From Nitrospirota bacterium (lineage in GTDB: Bacteria; Nitrospirota; Thermodesulfovibrionia; Thermodesulfovibrionales; Dissulfurispiraceae), in assembly GCA_963790025.1 (NCBI GenBank), contig CAWBMP010000003.1, positions 160,001 to 224,000 on the forward strand: a DNA stretch of 64,000 nt, given 5' to 3'. The position numbers were made by a program, and so were the translations under genes. This document shows positions 27,367-37,084 of this stretch, piece after piece (positions within the stretch are counted from its first letter, which is position 1; the number at the start of each line of letters is the position of its first letter). A model generated the notes under the pieces. It searched no databases and was not told where the DNA came from. It saw nothing but the letters and a program-made list of their open reading frames with translations.

Positions 27367-30276
27367 TTAAATGGTTCTCAGGAGCTTTACATTCTCCTCC
27401 AGTTTCACTCTTTTGCTTAAAAGGTCGTCATATTTAGTCTTGTCCTTTTCCAGAACATTCTTTGGGGCGTTCTTTAAAAAATCCTCATTACGCAGTTTTT
27501 TATTCAAAAAAGTCAGTGTTTCATCGATTTTAGCCATTTCTTTCTGGAGTCTTTGTACCTCAGCGCCCACATCCAGCAATCCACTTAAAGGAATATACAC
27601 CTCCATTCCTTCATGTACGGCAACGGCAGAGCCTTCCACTCGCACTATGCCCGGCCCCAGGTTAATCTCTTTGCATCTTGTCAATTTTCTTATCGATACA
27701 AGGTTATCATAAATAACATCTTCTACTTCCTTGGAAAATGTTTTGATGTCCGCCCTGATTTCCACCGAAGGCGCTATGTTCAACTCTCCCCGTATACTCC
27801 GTATTCCAGTTACAGCATTGAGCAAAATCTCCATCTGATGTTCCGCATCATGAAATCTGGGCAGCTTTGTGGGATACTGCATGAACATCAGTGAGCCGGC
27901 ACTCAAATCGCTTGCGGGCTGCGCGTTGAGTTCCCGGTCGGGGGCCCCGGCACTGACGTCAAATACATTGTGCCATATATCCTCGGTTACAAAGGGGATA
28001 AACGGATGGAGTAATTTGAGACTTTGTTCGAGAACAAAAAACAGGCAATCGACTACCGCTGTTTTTTCCCCGCTATCGTCCTGATAGAGCAAAGGCTTTG
28101 TAATCTCAAGATACCAATCACAGAATTCATGCCAGATGAAATGATATAGACTTGCCGTAGCATCGTTAAACCGGTAATTTTCGAGATTTCTGTTGACCTC
28201 GTCCACTGTGAATGCCAGCCTGCTCAGTATCCATTGGCTCGCAATGTCCGGCTTCTCAATGTTTCTAAGCCTGAAAAGAACAAAGAAAGCTTCCAAATCT
28301 TTTTCTCTTGTCCACGATGATTCATTTTTAATGATGAATTTGGCAGCATTCCAGAGCTTATTAATAAAGTGACGGTATCCCTCCAGCCGCTCCTCCGAAA
28401 ATCTTACATCCCTCCCTTGTGCCGCGAAAGCGGCAAGACAGAATCTGAAGGCGTCAGCACCGTATTTCCCTATCATCAGCAGCGGGTCCACTACGTTACC
28501 TTTAGACTTGCTCATTTTCTGTCCCTTGGCATCGCGAACAAGCGCATGGATATAAACGTCGGTGAAAGGCACTTCATCCGTGCATTTCAACCCCATCATA
28601 AGCATGCGGGCCACCCAGAAAAACAGGATATCAAAACCGGTGACAAGAACACTGGTAGGATAAAATGTTTTTAGATCGTCAGTTGTATCAGGCCACCCGA
28701 GCGTTGAAAAGGGCCATAGCGCCGATGAAAACCAGGTATCCAGCACATCGGGATCACGAATAATGTGACTGCTCTTGCAATCAGGACATTCCATTACGTC
28801 CTCTCTGCGACAAAAGGAAGTTACCTCTTTCGCCACCCGTATTATCTTGGAATTCCTGATAATACCCTCATGGTTCATGCCTTGAGACCGCAAATCAGCG
28901 TAGGTCCCACCCAAAACTTTTTTTCCTGAAAGCGTCACCGGGTTGAAAAAAATATGTTCGATCATAGTACCCTGTTTACGTCCGTCCGGACCATTACAAT
29001 CAGGACAGTACCAGACAGGTATCCTGTGCCCCCACCATATCTGCCGTGAGATGCACCAATCTCTTATGTCCCTCATCCATGCAAAGTAATTATTGTCCCA
29101 CGAGGATGGTATAAGTTTTGTCTTGCCGTCCTCAACTGCTTTTATCGCCCTGGAAGCAAGCGATTCTATTTTGACGTACCACTGGACAGTAAGAAGTGGC
29201 TCAATGACTGTCTTGCAGCGGTAGCAGTGGCCGACCGCATGCCGGTGTTTTTTTTCTCCTTCCAGCAATCCCTTGTCTTTCAGATCGTTGACAAGTTTCT
29301 TTCTGCAGTCGTACCGGTCGAGTCCCTTGCACTCTTCACCCGCTTCGGTGCTCATACGAGCGTCCTCGGTGATAACGCTTATGGAAGGGAGGTGGTGGCG
29401 TTTCCCCATCGCCTCATCATTAAAATCGTGTGCCGGAGTCACTTTCACAGCACCTGTACCGAATGAGGATTCGACAGCCGGATCGGCGATTATGGGAATT
29501 TCCCTTCCTGTAAAGGGAAGTTCTACGGTCTTCCCTATCAGCCGGACATATCGCTCATCCTCCGGATTCACCGCTACCGCCGTGTCGCCGAGCATTGTCT
29601 CGGGTCTTGTCGTAGCAACAGTTATATAACCCTCTTTATCAAGTGGGGGGGGAAGCGGGTATTTAATGTAATAGAGTGCCCCGTCAATTTCTTCGTATTC
29701 CACTTCAAGATCCGACAACGCAGTATGGCAGCGCGGGCACCAGTTTATCAGGCGGTTGTCGCGATAGACCAAACCCTCTTCAAAGAGCCTGACAAATACC
29801 TCCCGCACCGCCCTGGAAAGTCCCTCATCGAGTGTGAAGCGTTCTCTTGACCAATCACAGGAAGCCCCCAGCTTTTTAAGCTGGTGAATTATCTTCCCCC
29901 CGTATTCGGATTTCCATTGCCAGATCCTCTCGATAAACGCATCTCTGCCCATTTCATATCTGTTCAGACCTTCTTTCGCAAGCTCTCTTTCCACCACATT
30001 CTGCGTCGCTATGCCTGCGTGGTCTGTGCCGGGGACCCATAGAACCTTATGCCCCGACATTCTTTTCCACCGGGCAAGAATATCCTGTACGGTTGCATTA
30101 AGCGCATGTCCCATATGAAGGGATCCTGTAACATTCGGAGGCGGGATGACTATACTGAACGATTCCCTGGGAGCATCGGGAGCAGGCTTGAAGTATCCGC
30201 GAGATTCCCATAACGCATACCATTTATCTTCAATTTCTTCCGGGTTGTAGTTCTGTTTAATCTCTATCATATTCAC
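27367..30276 (-). CDS. valS: valine--tRNA ligase
   Basis: PPPNVTGSLHMGH, WCISRQ, DTWFSS, KMSKS, C-terminal coiled coil. Confidence 0.98.
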   Translation of the reverse strand: MNMIEIKQNYNPEEIEDKWYALWESRGYFKPAPDAPRESFSIVIPPPNVTGSLHMGHALNATVQDILARWKRMSGHKVLWVPGTDHAGIATQNVVERELAKEGLNRYEMGRDAFIERIWQWKSEYGGKIIHQLKKLGASCDWSRERFTLDEGLSRAVREVFVRLFEEGLVYRDNRLINWCPRCHTALSDLEVEYEEIDGALYYIKYPLPPPLDKEGYITVATTRPETMLGDTAVAVNPEDERYVRLIGKTVELPFTGREIPIIADPAVESSFGTGAVKVTPAHDFNDEAMGKRHHLPSISVITEDARMSTEAGEECKGLDRYDCRKKLVNDLKDKGLLEGEKKHRHAVGHCYRCKTVIEPLLTVQWYVKIESLASRAIKAVEDGKTKLIPSSWDNNYFAWMRDIRDWCISRQIWWGHRIPVWYCPDCNGPDGRKQGTMIEHIFFNPVTLSGKKVLGGTYADLRSQGMNHEGIIRNSKIIRVAKEVTSFCRREDVMECPDCKSSHIIRDPDVLDTWFSSALWPFSTLGWPDTTDDLKTFYPTSVLVTGFDILFFWVARMLMMGLKCTDEVPFTDVYIHALVRDAKGQKMSKSKGNVVDPLLMIGKYGADAFRFCLAAFAAQGRDVRFSEERLEGYRHFINKLWNAAKFIIKNESSWTREKDLEAFFVLFRLRNIEKPDIASQWILSRLAFTVDEVNRNLENYRFNDATASLYHFIWHEFCDWYLEITKPLLYQDDSGEKTAVVDCLFFVLEQSLKLLHPFIPFVTEDIWHNVFDVSAGAPDRELNAQPASDLSAGSLMFMQYPTKLPRFHDAEHQMEILLNAVTGIRSIRGELNIAPSVEIRADIKTFSKEVEDVIYDNLVSIRKLTRCKEINLGPGIVRVEGSAVAVHEGMEVYIPLSGLLDVGAEVQRLQKEMAKIDETLTFLNKKLRNEDFLKNAPKNVLEKDKTKYDDLLSKRVKLEENVKLLRTI

Positions 30277-30356
30277 ACTTGATTAGTTACCTTTATTATA
30301 TTGTAAAGTTTGATTATAAATCGCAGGAAGCAGGGATATTTCCAAGGGACAATTTA

Positions 30357-31295
30357 TCAGGGCTGCGCAGTAATTTTTTTAATCTCTTTCTTTATTATCG
30401 TTTCTGCCACGTCAGGGACGATCCTGTTTATAGCAGCGCTAATTTCATCGTGCAGAGATTGCATCATTTCATTTACCAGTTCTCTTGTTACATCCTCGAT
30501 AATCTTTGGTGCATTCTGCGTCAAAGTTGCGGAAACAGTCTCCCTGACTGAAGCGGCCAGCTCCGGGACAATATCGTTGCCGAGGATATCTGAGACCCTG
30601 CGGTCAACAGACTGCCTCACTATCTCCCGAATATCGTTTCTGGATGGTAGTTCAATGGAATCGACAGACGCGCTGAAGCCGACAACAGGAGCTTCTGTCT
30701 CCTCCGTTTTCAGCGCATTTTTAAGGTCATCCTCAAAGCCTGTGCTGAATGAAGCAAGGGCCGCCTTCGCATCGTATTCCTCTTCAGTCATCGATTTAAA
30801 CGCATCATTGTCCTCTATGGCAACCGGCATCTCTGTTTCCCTTTCCGGCTCTTCAAGAGAAAAAGATTCTGTTATTTCCTGGACAGCAACCGTGGCAACA
30901 GGCGCTGTCGCCCCCCCGGCTTCCATGCCGACCAGAAGCGATTTAACCTTGCTGATTAATTCCTGGGATTCAAAGGGCTTCACAATGAAATCATCTGCAC
31001 CTACAGATTTTGCATACTCTTCATCGAAAGGTTCAAAAGCACCGGTAAGAAGGATGACAGGTAGATGGACTGTAGCGGCACTGTTCTTGATTTTTTCGCA
31101 AAGCTGGTAACCGTTCAATTTCGGCATCTCGATGTCAGCAAGCACTATATGCGGGCTGAAGGACCCAAGAGCCTCAAGTGCCTGTTCTCCATCGTTAACA
31201 GCCTTAATTTCAAAATCATCGTCACCAAGTACTAATTCAACGACTTTCTGAATAGTAAGACTGTCATCAGCCAACAGCAATCTATAAGAGGCCAT
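30357..31295 (-). CDS. response regulator, RomR-like (receiver, acidic linker, helical C-terminus)
   Basis: LLADDSLTIQKVV receiver domain with KPF; acidic linker; C-terminal IVPDVAETIIKKEI; adjacent to valS. Confidence 0.7.
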   Translation of the reverse strand: MASYRLLLADDSLTIQKVVELVLGDDDFEIKAVNDGEQALEALGSFSPHIVLADIEMPKLNGYQLCEKIKNSAATVHLPVILLTGAFEPFDEEYAKSVGADDFIVKPFESQELISKVKSLLVGMEAGGATAPVATVAVQEITESFSLEEPERETEMPVAIEDNDAFKSMTEEEYDAKAALASFSTGFEDDLKNALKTEETEAPVVGFSASVDSIELPSRNDIREIVRQSVDRRVSDILGNDIVPELAASVRETVSATLTQNAPKIIEDVTRELVNEMMQSLHDEISAAINRIVPDVAETIIKKEIKKITAQP

Positions 31296-31362
31296 ATTCT
31301 ATTTCCTCATTATATGCTTTCGGAGCAATTCACACAGATTTTAGAAGTATATAGTAAATTTG

Positions 31363-31734
31363 TCAAGATTTTTTCTTGCTCCTGTAGTCCTCTATCGCCT
31401 TTTTCAGGGCGTCTGCTCCAAGATTCGAACAATGCATCTTCTGCGGCGGCAGCCCACCCAACTCCGCAGCCACCGTTTCTTTAGATATGCTCAGTGCCTC
31501 GTCGAGGGTCTTTCCCTTCACCAGTTCCGTAATCATACTGCTGACTGCAATGGCGGAACCGCACCCGAACGTCCTGAATTTCGCATCTACAATCCTGTCA
31601 TTCTCGACCTTTATGAAAATCTGCATGGAGTCTCCGCATGTAGGGTTCCCTTCCATGCCCACTCCATCTGCATCAGGAATTTCACCGACATTCCTTGGAT
31701 TCATGAAATGGTCCATTACTTTTTGCGAATACAT
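31363..31734 (-). CDS. iscU: Fe-S scaffold IscU/NifU N-type
   Basis: YSQKVMDHF, CGD, FGCGSAIA, LPPQKMHCS. Confidence 0.95.
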   Translation of the reverse strand: MYSQKVMDHFMNPRNVGEIPDADGVGMEGNPTCGDSMQIFIKVENDRIVDAKFRTFGCGSAIAVSSMITELVKGKTLDEALSISKETVAAELGGLPPQKMHCSNLGADALKKAIEDYRSKKKS

Positions 31735-31737
31735 TGT

Positions 31738-32937
31738 CTAACCTCCCGTGTAACATTTCTCCGCCTCGCCGCCTTCTCCCCATCCTTTTGAAAACGGAGA
31801 CATGTCACGCAATTTTTTGACCACTTGAGGAAATTCCTCAAGGAAGTAATTGATGTCCTCCATAGAATTGTCCATGCCGAGACTGAAAACTATCGATCCC
31901 TGAGCAAGGGCCGACTGTATGCCTAACGACAGAAGTATGGGCGAGGACTTCAACGCCCTGGAAGAACATGCTGAACCGCTTGCCGATAATATTCCTTTCA
32001 TCGACAGCATTAATAGCATGGCTTCCCCCTCAATAAATTCAACAACAAAGCTCGAATGATGGGGAAGTCTTTTTTCAGGATGCCCTGTAAGATAAACATT
32101 CGGCACCTTCAGCACACCCTCGATCAACGCATCCCTCAAGCCCCTGCAATGTTCCATTCTGTCCGGCAGTTCCCGTGCTGCAATCTCTGCCGCTTTGCCC
32201 ATCCCGGCTATCGCAGGAACGTTCTCTGTACCGGCCCTTCTGCCGCCTTCCTGAATCCCGCCGTAAATCAGCGGGGCAACACGCAATCCTTCTCTTATAT
32301 AAAGCGCACCGGCCCCTTTTGGGCCGTAAAACTGGTGTGCCGCCATGCTGAAAAGATCGACGCCGAGTTTTTTTATTTCAACCGGGATATTGCCGGTAGT
32401 TGCCACACCATCCGCATGCATGGTAATCCCCCGCTCCTTTGCAATTATAGCGATCTCGCGAATGGGCTCTATGGTGCCGATTTCACTGCTGGCGTGAGTG
32501 ACTGAAATAAGAATAGTCTCTTTGTTTATTGATTTTTTTACTGTATCAGGATCAACAGTCCCGTGTTTGTCAACAGGAAGATAGGTGACAACAAACCCGC
32601 TTTTTTCGAGAAAGCGCGCCGAATTCAGAATTGAGTGGTGCTCAACCTTTGAGACAATGACGTGTTTACCCTGGTTCTGACGCGCAAAGGCTATGCCCCT
32701 GAGTGCGAAGTTATTGGCTTCTGCGCCGCTTGAAGTAAAAACAACTGTGGAGGGTTTTACACTGATCAGGTTCGCTACCTGTCCCCGCGCCTTTTCTATA
32801 GCATCCCTCGCGGTCCCGCCGAGGTCATAAACGCTCAGCGGGTTTCCAAAATCCTCTTTGAAATAAGGCATCATTGCATCCAGCACTTCCGGATGCAACG
32901 GATTTGTCGCAACATGATCAAAATAACACCTTCTCAT
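31738..32937 (-). CDS. iscS: IscS/NifS-family cysteine desulfurase homolog (PLP Lys replaced by Gln)
   Basis: GNPLS, SGAEANN, EHHS, RAGTENV, SGSACSS; AAHQFYGPKG in place of xxHKxxGPKG. Confidence 0.88.
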   Translation of the reverse strand: MRRCYFDHVATNPLHPEVLDAMMPYFKEDFGNPLSVYDLGGTARDAIEKARGQVANLISVKPSTVVFTSSGAEANNFALRGIAFARQNQGKHVIVSKVEHHSILNSARFLEKSGFVVTYLPVDKHGTVDPDTVKKSINKETILISVTHASSEIGTIEPIREIAIIAKERGITMHADGVATTGNIPVEIKKLGVDLFSMAAHQFYGPKGAGALYIREGLRVAPLIYGGIQEGGRRAGTENVPAIAGMGKAAEIAARELPDRMEHCRGLRDALIEGVLKVPNVYLTGHPEKRLPHHSSFVVEFIEGEAMLLMLSMKGILSASGSACSSRALKSSPILLSLGIQSALAQGSIVFSLGMDNSMEDINYFLEEFPQVVKKLRDMSPFSKGWGEGGEAEKCYTGG

Positions 32938-32965
32938 AAATAATCTCCCTTAAAAAAGCAAAAAA

Positions 32966-33265
32966 TTAGCCACTTAATTGGGTCGTCCTCTGTGTCACTG
33001 TGCTCTCTGTGGTTAATTTTGCCGTTTTCCTTACATAAAACTTGTAATAGTCTTCATCCTCATCCAGCCCGATAAATTCGTTCCCTGTCCGTTCGCACCA
33101 TTGCGGAATGTCCTCAAGCGCACCATCATAGTCAGTCAATATCGCGAGCACCTGACCCTGATCAAGCCCTTTGATCATCTCATCGAGTTTGAGCAGATGC
33201 ATCGGACACATCATATATACAATATCAGCAGTAATGTCTGCCTTGACTCCATGGACGAATTTCAT
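32966..33265 (-). CDS. TusA/SirA-family sulfur carrier
   Basis: D-x5-CPMH motif, GQVLAILTD...DIPQWC...G pattern; lies within the isc operon. Confidence 0.75.
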   Translation of the reverse strand: MKFVHGVKADITADIVYMMCPMHLLKLDEMIKGLDQGQVLAILTDYDGALEDIPQWCERTGNEFIGLDEDEDYYKFYVRKTAKLTTESTVTQRTTQLSG

Positions 33266-33342
33266 ATCATCTTAAGGGCAGACAAAGGTAAAGGTAGAGG
33301 GTAAGATAAATACATGTTCTTAACCGTTGCCTTTATCTATGC

Positions 33343-33789
33343 CTATGCCTTTACCTTTATTTTTTCCTCTTCCTTTATTTTCAGATCGCCTGCCAGCAGG
33401 TTCCCCAATGTAATTGTCTTCAAGAAGGCTTCTATTTGCTCACCTAAAGCTTTCCAGAGCAGGTGAGTGACACAGTTATCCACTCTTATGCAGCCTTCCT
33501 CCGGATTAAGGCATGAAGTTATCGCTACCGGCCCTTCAAGCTCACTCACGATAGAGGCAATGCTGATTCTTTCGGGCCCTTTGCTCAAAAGATACCCTCC
33601 GCCCGGCCCTTTAACGCTTTTTATGAGTCCGGCTTTCCTGAGTTTATTCAATATCTGCTCAAGATAGGCAACAGAGACATCCTGTTTCTCAGATATTTCC
33701 TTGATGGTAACGGGCTGGACCGGGTAACCACGAGCTATTTCGTACATTGCCCTGACGCCATACTGCCCTTTTGTAGATAACCGCAGCAT
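33343..33789 (-). CDS. iscR: Rrf2-family Fe-S regulator IscR
   Basis: LSTKGQYG, YLEQI, SVKGPGGGY, C-x6-C-x5-C-x2-H ligand set. Confidence 0.88.
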   Translation of the reverse strand: MLRLSTKGQYGVRAMYEIARGYPVQPVTIKEISEKQDVSVAYLEQILNKLRKAGLIKSVKGPGGGYLLSKGPERISIASIVSELEGPVAITSCLNPEEGCIRVDNCVTHLLWKALGEQIEAFLKTITLGNLLAGDLKIKEEEKIKVKA

Positions 33790-33795
33790 ACGTCT

Positions 33796-33828
33796 ATGCT
33801 ATAAAACCCTACTGATTTTGTCAAGTAT
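33796..33828 (-). promoter_or_regulatory. sigma70 promoter overlapped by a type-1 IscR-like operator
   Basis: Minus strand ATACTTGACAAAATCAGTAGGGTTT resembles the IscR type-1 site; TTGACA-17 nt-TAGCAT ends 6 nt before the iscR ATG. Confidence 0.7.
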
Positions 33829-33954
33829 TCATACAAAAAAAACAGGCACTGGGTAATGGGCTAGAGGAAAACAAAAAGTGTAAAAACAAATTTACAGGTT
33901 TTTTTTATAATCCTATAGTCCTATAGCCCATTGCCCAGTGCCTGGTGCCTGCCT

Positions 33955-34293
33955 TCACCTGCCTTTTTCAGGTCTCAATTCATGCATTCTTCTTTCTTCC
34001 GGGCTCATCCCTATTTCATTCATCATATCCTGGGCTCTTTGGAGTTTCATAGTTGCTTTCTCATCGATACGGCATTGTTCCAGTTCCTCAACTGTTTTAG
34101 CCTGAGACACGCAACTTTTTGTCGTATGCAAACTATGCTCAAACAGTTCGATATTGCTAAGTATTTCTTTTTTGTTCTTCTCAATAGCGGGTTCCTGTTG
34201 AGACGCCTCTTCTGAGATCGCGGAATGAACAGAGAAGAGACATAAGAAAATAAAAGCCGACACCAATAAATAAAAACCTTTTTTAAAAGTCAC
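33955..34293 (-). CDS. hypothetical secreted protein
   Basis: Signal-peptide-like N-terminus, helical body with two Cys. Confidence 0.55.
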   Translation of the reverse strand: MTFKKGFYLLVSAFIFLCLFSVHSAISEEASQQEPAIEKNKKEILSNIELFEHSLHTTKSCVSQAKTVEELEQCRIDEKATMKLQRAQDMMNEIGMSPEERRMHELRPEKGR

Positions 34294-34561
34294 TTCCTAC
34301 CCCCTTTTGGGGCTCTCGGGAAAATACCTCAAACCCTCTTTTAACTCCATTTATTCTATAGCAGATTAAACCCGCATTGTCAATTGACACGGTAGTGGGC
34401 CAGTTTGTTTTTGCTCTGGATCACCTGGGTTATCAGTAGCGGTCTGCGGGATGACAAAAATTCGGCCCTGTTGTTTATTATCCTCTTTTTGATATACTAA
34501 TTCTGTTGTCTTGATAATTGCATTGATATGCGTATATAGCGGCCCATAACCCGGAGAATTA

Positions 34562-36400
34562 ATGCAGGGACGTTTCATACATACGATTCAGTTTGTCTTT
34601 GCCGCTTTGTCGGCGGTTGTTGTCATTGCGTCAACAGAAACTCCGTCGTATTCGCAGGAGCAAAGCAACCCTCAACCTACATTAACAACGCCCGACATCC
34701 TGCAAAACCAGCCCGTTCAGCCACCTCCAGCGCAACCACCTGTGCCACCCTCGCCTGTTCAGTTACCGCCCACACCACTTGTTCAGTCGCCTCCGGCACA
34801 ACCACCTGTGCCACCCTCGCCTGTTCAGTTACCGCCCACACCACTTATTAAGGCGCCTCCGGCACAACCACCTGTTGGGCCGCCGACTCTGCCGACGCCT
34901 GTCCGGCCACCTGTATCCGGTCAGCACTCAAGTCTGTTATCGGGAATGAAAAGAGGCGATATCAGTTTCAATTTCGATGATGCAGATATCTATGAAGTCA
35001 TACAGACAGTTTTCGGGGACATCCTGAAGAAGAATTATATGGTGGACCCTTCTGTTAAAGGAAGGATCACCTTCAGAACAGTCAGTGCTGTCCCCAAAGA
35101 CGACGTGCTGTCACTTATGGAGATACTGCTCAAAATGAACGGCGCAGGCTTTATTGAGGAAAACGGACTCTATAAGATACTTCCAGTTGATCAAATACCC
35201 GGCACCACACCCAAAGTTTTTGTCTATCCACTGCAAAACAGCAAGGCAACTCATATAGCGCAGCTCCTGCAATCAATATTCACTGCTGGCAGCAGCACTC
35301 CAGGGTCCACTGTGCCGCCACCGCCCCAGCCATCCCAGGCAACTACAACCGTCACCAAGACAGGCGGCACCGCTTTTTCGCTGGGGTCCGGGCATTTGGT
35401 GGGCCCAAATACAAAGGTGCTTGCCGATGAGATAACCAACTCGCTGATTGTCCTGTCCACGCAGGACGATTATAATTTTATTGAAGAAACTGTGAAGAAA
35501 CTCGACACAACCCCCCGCCAGGTAATGATCGAGGTGCTTATAGCGGAAATAACCCTGACAAACGAATTTCAGTTTGGCCTGGAATGGGTCATGCAAAACG
35601 CAACAAAAATCCATATTCCCGGCATCGCAAGACCTGTAACCGCAGCCGGACCTATAGGACAAAACTCAAATTTGCTGTCGTCGTCATCCGTTAGTTTGCC
35701 GAACGGCATTTCGGGTTTCTCCTGGGCCTTGCAAGATGCTTCGGGCAATGTAAAGACCCTGCTGCAAAGTCTTGCGTCGGAAGATTTGCTAACCGTGCTT
35801 GCCTCTCCCCATATCCTTGCCGCCGATAACCGCGAGGCGCGCATACAGATCGGCAGTCAGGTCCCCATAGCCACATCGCAGGCAACAGCAGTAGGCACAT
35901 CGAACAGCATCCTGTCCACCATCCAGTATAAAGACATCGGCACTATCCTGAAGGTAAAGCCCCAGATCAACGAGAGCGGACTCGTTGCCATGGAAGTGTC
36001 ACAGGAGGTATCCGATTTCTCCACGCAGAATGTGCTCGGCACCTCCCAGTTTATCTTTTCTAAACGAGAGGCAACTACCAACCTTGTAGCTCAGGACGGC
36101 CAGACCATAGTGATCGGGGGTCTTATACAGGACAACATAGACAAGAGCAAGTCAGGCATACCATTTCTGAACAGTATCCCGATACTGGGCTATCTCTTCG
36201 GCACAAATGATAATAAACGGACAAAAACGGAAATCATTGTCCTGCTTACACCGCACGTTATCAAGAACCAGGACGATTCAAACAAAGTATCAACCGATTA
36301 CATAAACAGACTTAAAGGTGATAATAAAACTAATAAAGACTTAAACATCGACAAATATACCCAACAACCCGCTGAAAGTACACCGCAAAATAGCAAATAA
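34562..36400 (+). CDS. gspD: type II secretion secretin GspD (short form, Pro-rich N-terminus)
   Basis: N0 domain ISFNFDDADI, QVMIEVLIAE, A.IQIGSQVP, QYKDIG.ILKVKP.IN, IPILGYLF. Confidence 0.9.
   Translation: MQGRFIHTIQFVFAALSAVVVIASTETPSYSQEQSNPQPTLTTPDILQNQPVQPPPAQPPVPPSPVQLPPTPLVQSPPAQPPVPPSPVQLPPTPLIKAPPAQPPVGPPTLPTPVRPPVSGQHSSLLSGMKRGDISFNFDDADIYEVIQTVFGDILKKNYMVDPSVKGRITFRTVSAVPKDDVLSLMEILLKMNGAGFIEENGLYKILPVDQIPGTTPKVFVYPLQNSKATHIAQLLQSIFTAGSSTPGSTVPPPPQPSQATTTVTKTGGTAFSLGSGHLVGPNTKVLADEITNSLIVLSTQDDYNFIEETVKKLDTTPRQVMIEVLIAEITLTNEFQFGLEWVMQNATKIHIPGIARPVTAAGPIGQNSNLLSSSSVSLPNGISGFSWALQDASGNVKTLLQSLASEDLLTVLASPHILAADNREARIQIGSQVPIATSQATAVGTSNSILSTIQYKDIGTILKVKPQINESGLVAMEVSQEVSDFSTQNVLGTSQFIFSKREATTNLVAQDGQTIVIGGLIQDNIDKSKSGIPFLNSIPILGYLFGTNDNKRTKTEIIVLLTPHVIKNQDDSNKVSTDYINRLKGDNKTNKDLNIDKYTQQPAESTPQNSK
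34724..34875 (+). repeat. 66-bp tandem repeat (~2.3 copies) encoding PPAQPPVPPSPVQLPPTPLxxx in GspD
   Basis: Units start at 34724, 34790 and 34856. Confidence 0.85.
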
Positions 36401-36448
36401 GTGCAAACATGAAAGGACCGGGTAGAAGACTGGTCGGGTCCATACTGT

Positions 36449-37084
36449 TTATCTGTTCATATGCGGCGTGATAGCTCTCCTGCCGAGGTTGGGCGGAGTA
36501 GAACCAGTACTAGAAGCAGGAGCACCAGGCACGGAAGGAACAGCAGCAGCGGTTTTTGCCGCTGTCTCTTTTCCCCTGTCTTTAGGGTCCGCGAGCATGA
36601 CTGTCATGACCTCTTTGTCCCTGACCATAACAACCCTGTCAGGCTCAACGCTTTTCAGCACAAAACCGCTCAATGTTTCTCCTTTTTTAAGCACCCGGGT
36701 CCGATTGCCCCTTCCCGGCGTGCTCACCGGGGCCTTCTTATCAACCATATAGGCCAGACCCGTTTCATCGGTGATCAAGGTGCCGTAAAGCACGAATTCA
36801 GGTATGGGCAGGGGTTTTGCAGCCACCTTTTCAGGTGGTATCTTCCTGTCTGGATGGAAAAGGTTCTGATCAGCGATCAGCGCATAGTCAATGAGAGATT
36901 GAGCAGGTTCGGCCTTCGTCTTCCGGGCATTCTCTGTTACCGGCGCCGCCTTTACAGCTGGTGGCGTAATCCTCAACGTCTTGACAACCGGAGGTGAAAA
37001 AACATACTGGGCTGATGCAACTGCAACTGCCACCAAAAGTATATTAAGCAGATTAATGCTTCTCAAAATATAGCCCGGCATCAT
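36449..37084 (-). CDS. T2SS GspC-like protein
   Basis: N-terminal TM helix, NLFHPDR, LYGTLI...G.TLSGFVLKSVEPDRVVM (HR-like domain); last gene of the gsp operon. Confidence 0.6.
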   Translation of the reverse strand: MMPGYILRSINLLNILLVAVAVASAQYVFSPPVVKTLRITPPAVKAAPVTENARKTKAEPAQSLIDYALIADQNLFHPDRKIPPEKVAAKPLPIPEFVLYGTLITDETGLAYMVDKKAPVSTPGRGNRTRVLKKGETLSGFVLKSVEPDRVVMVRDKEVMTVMLADPKDRGKETAAKTAAAVPSVPGAPASSTGSTPPNLGRRAITPHMNR

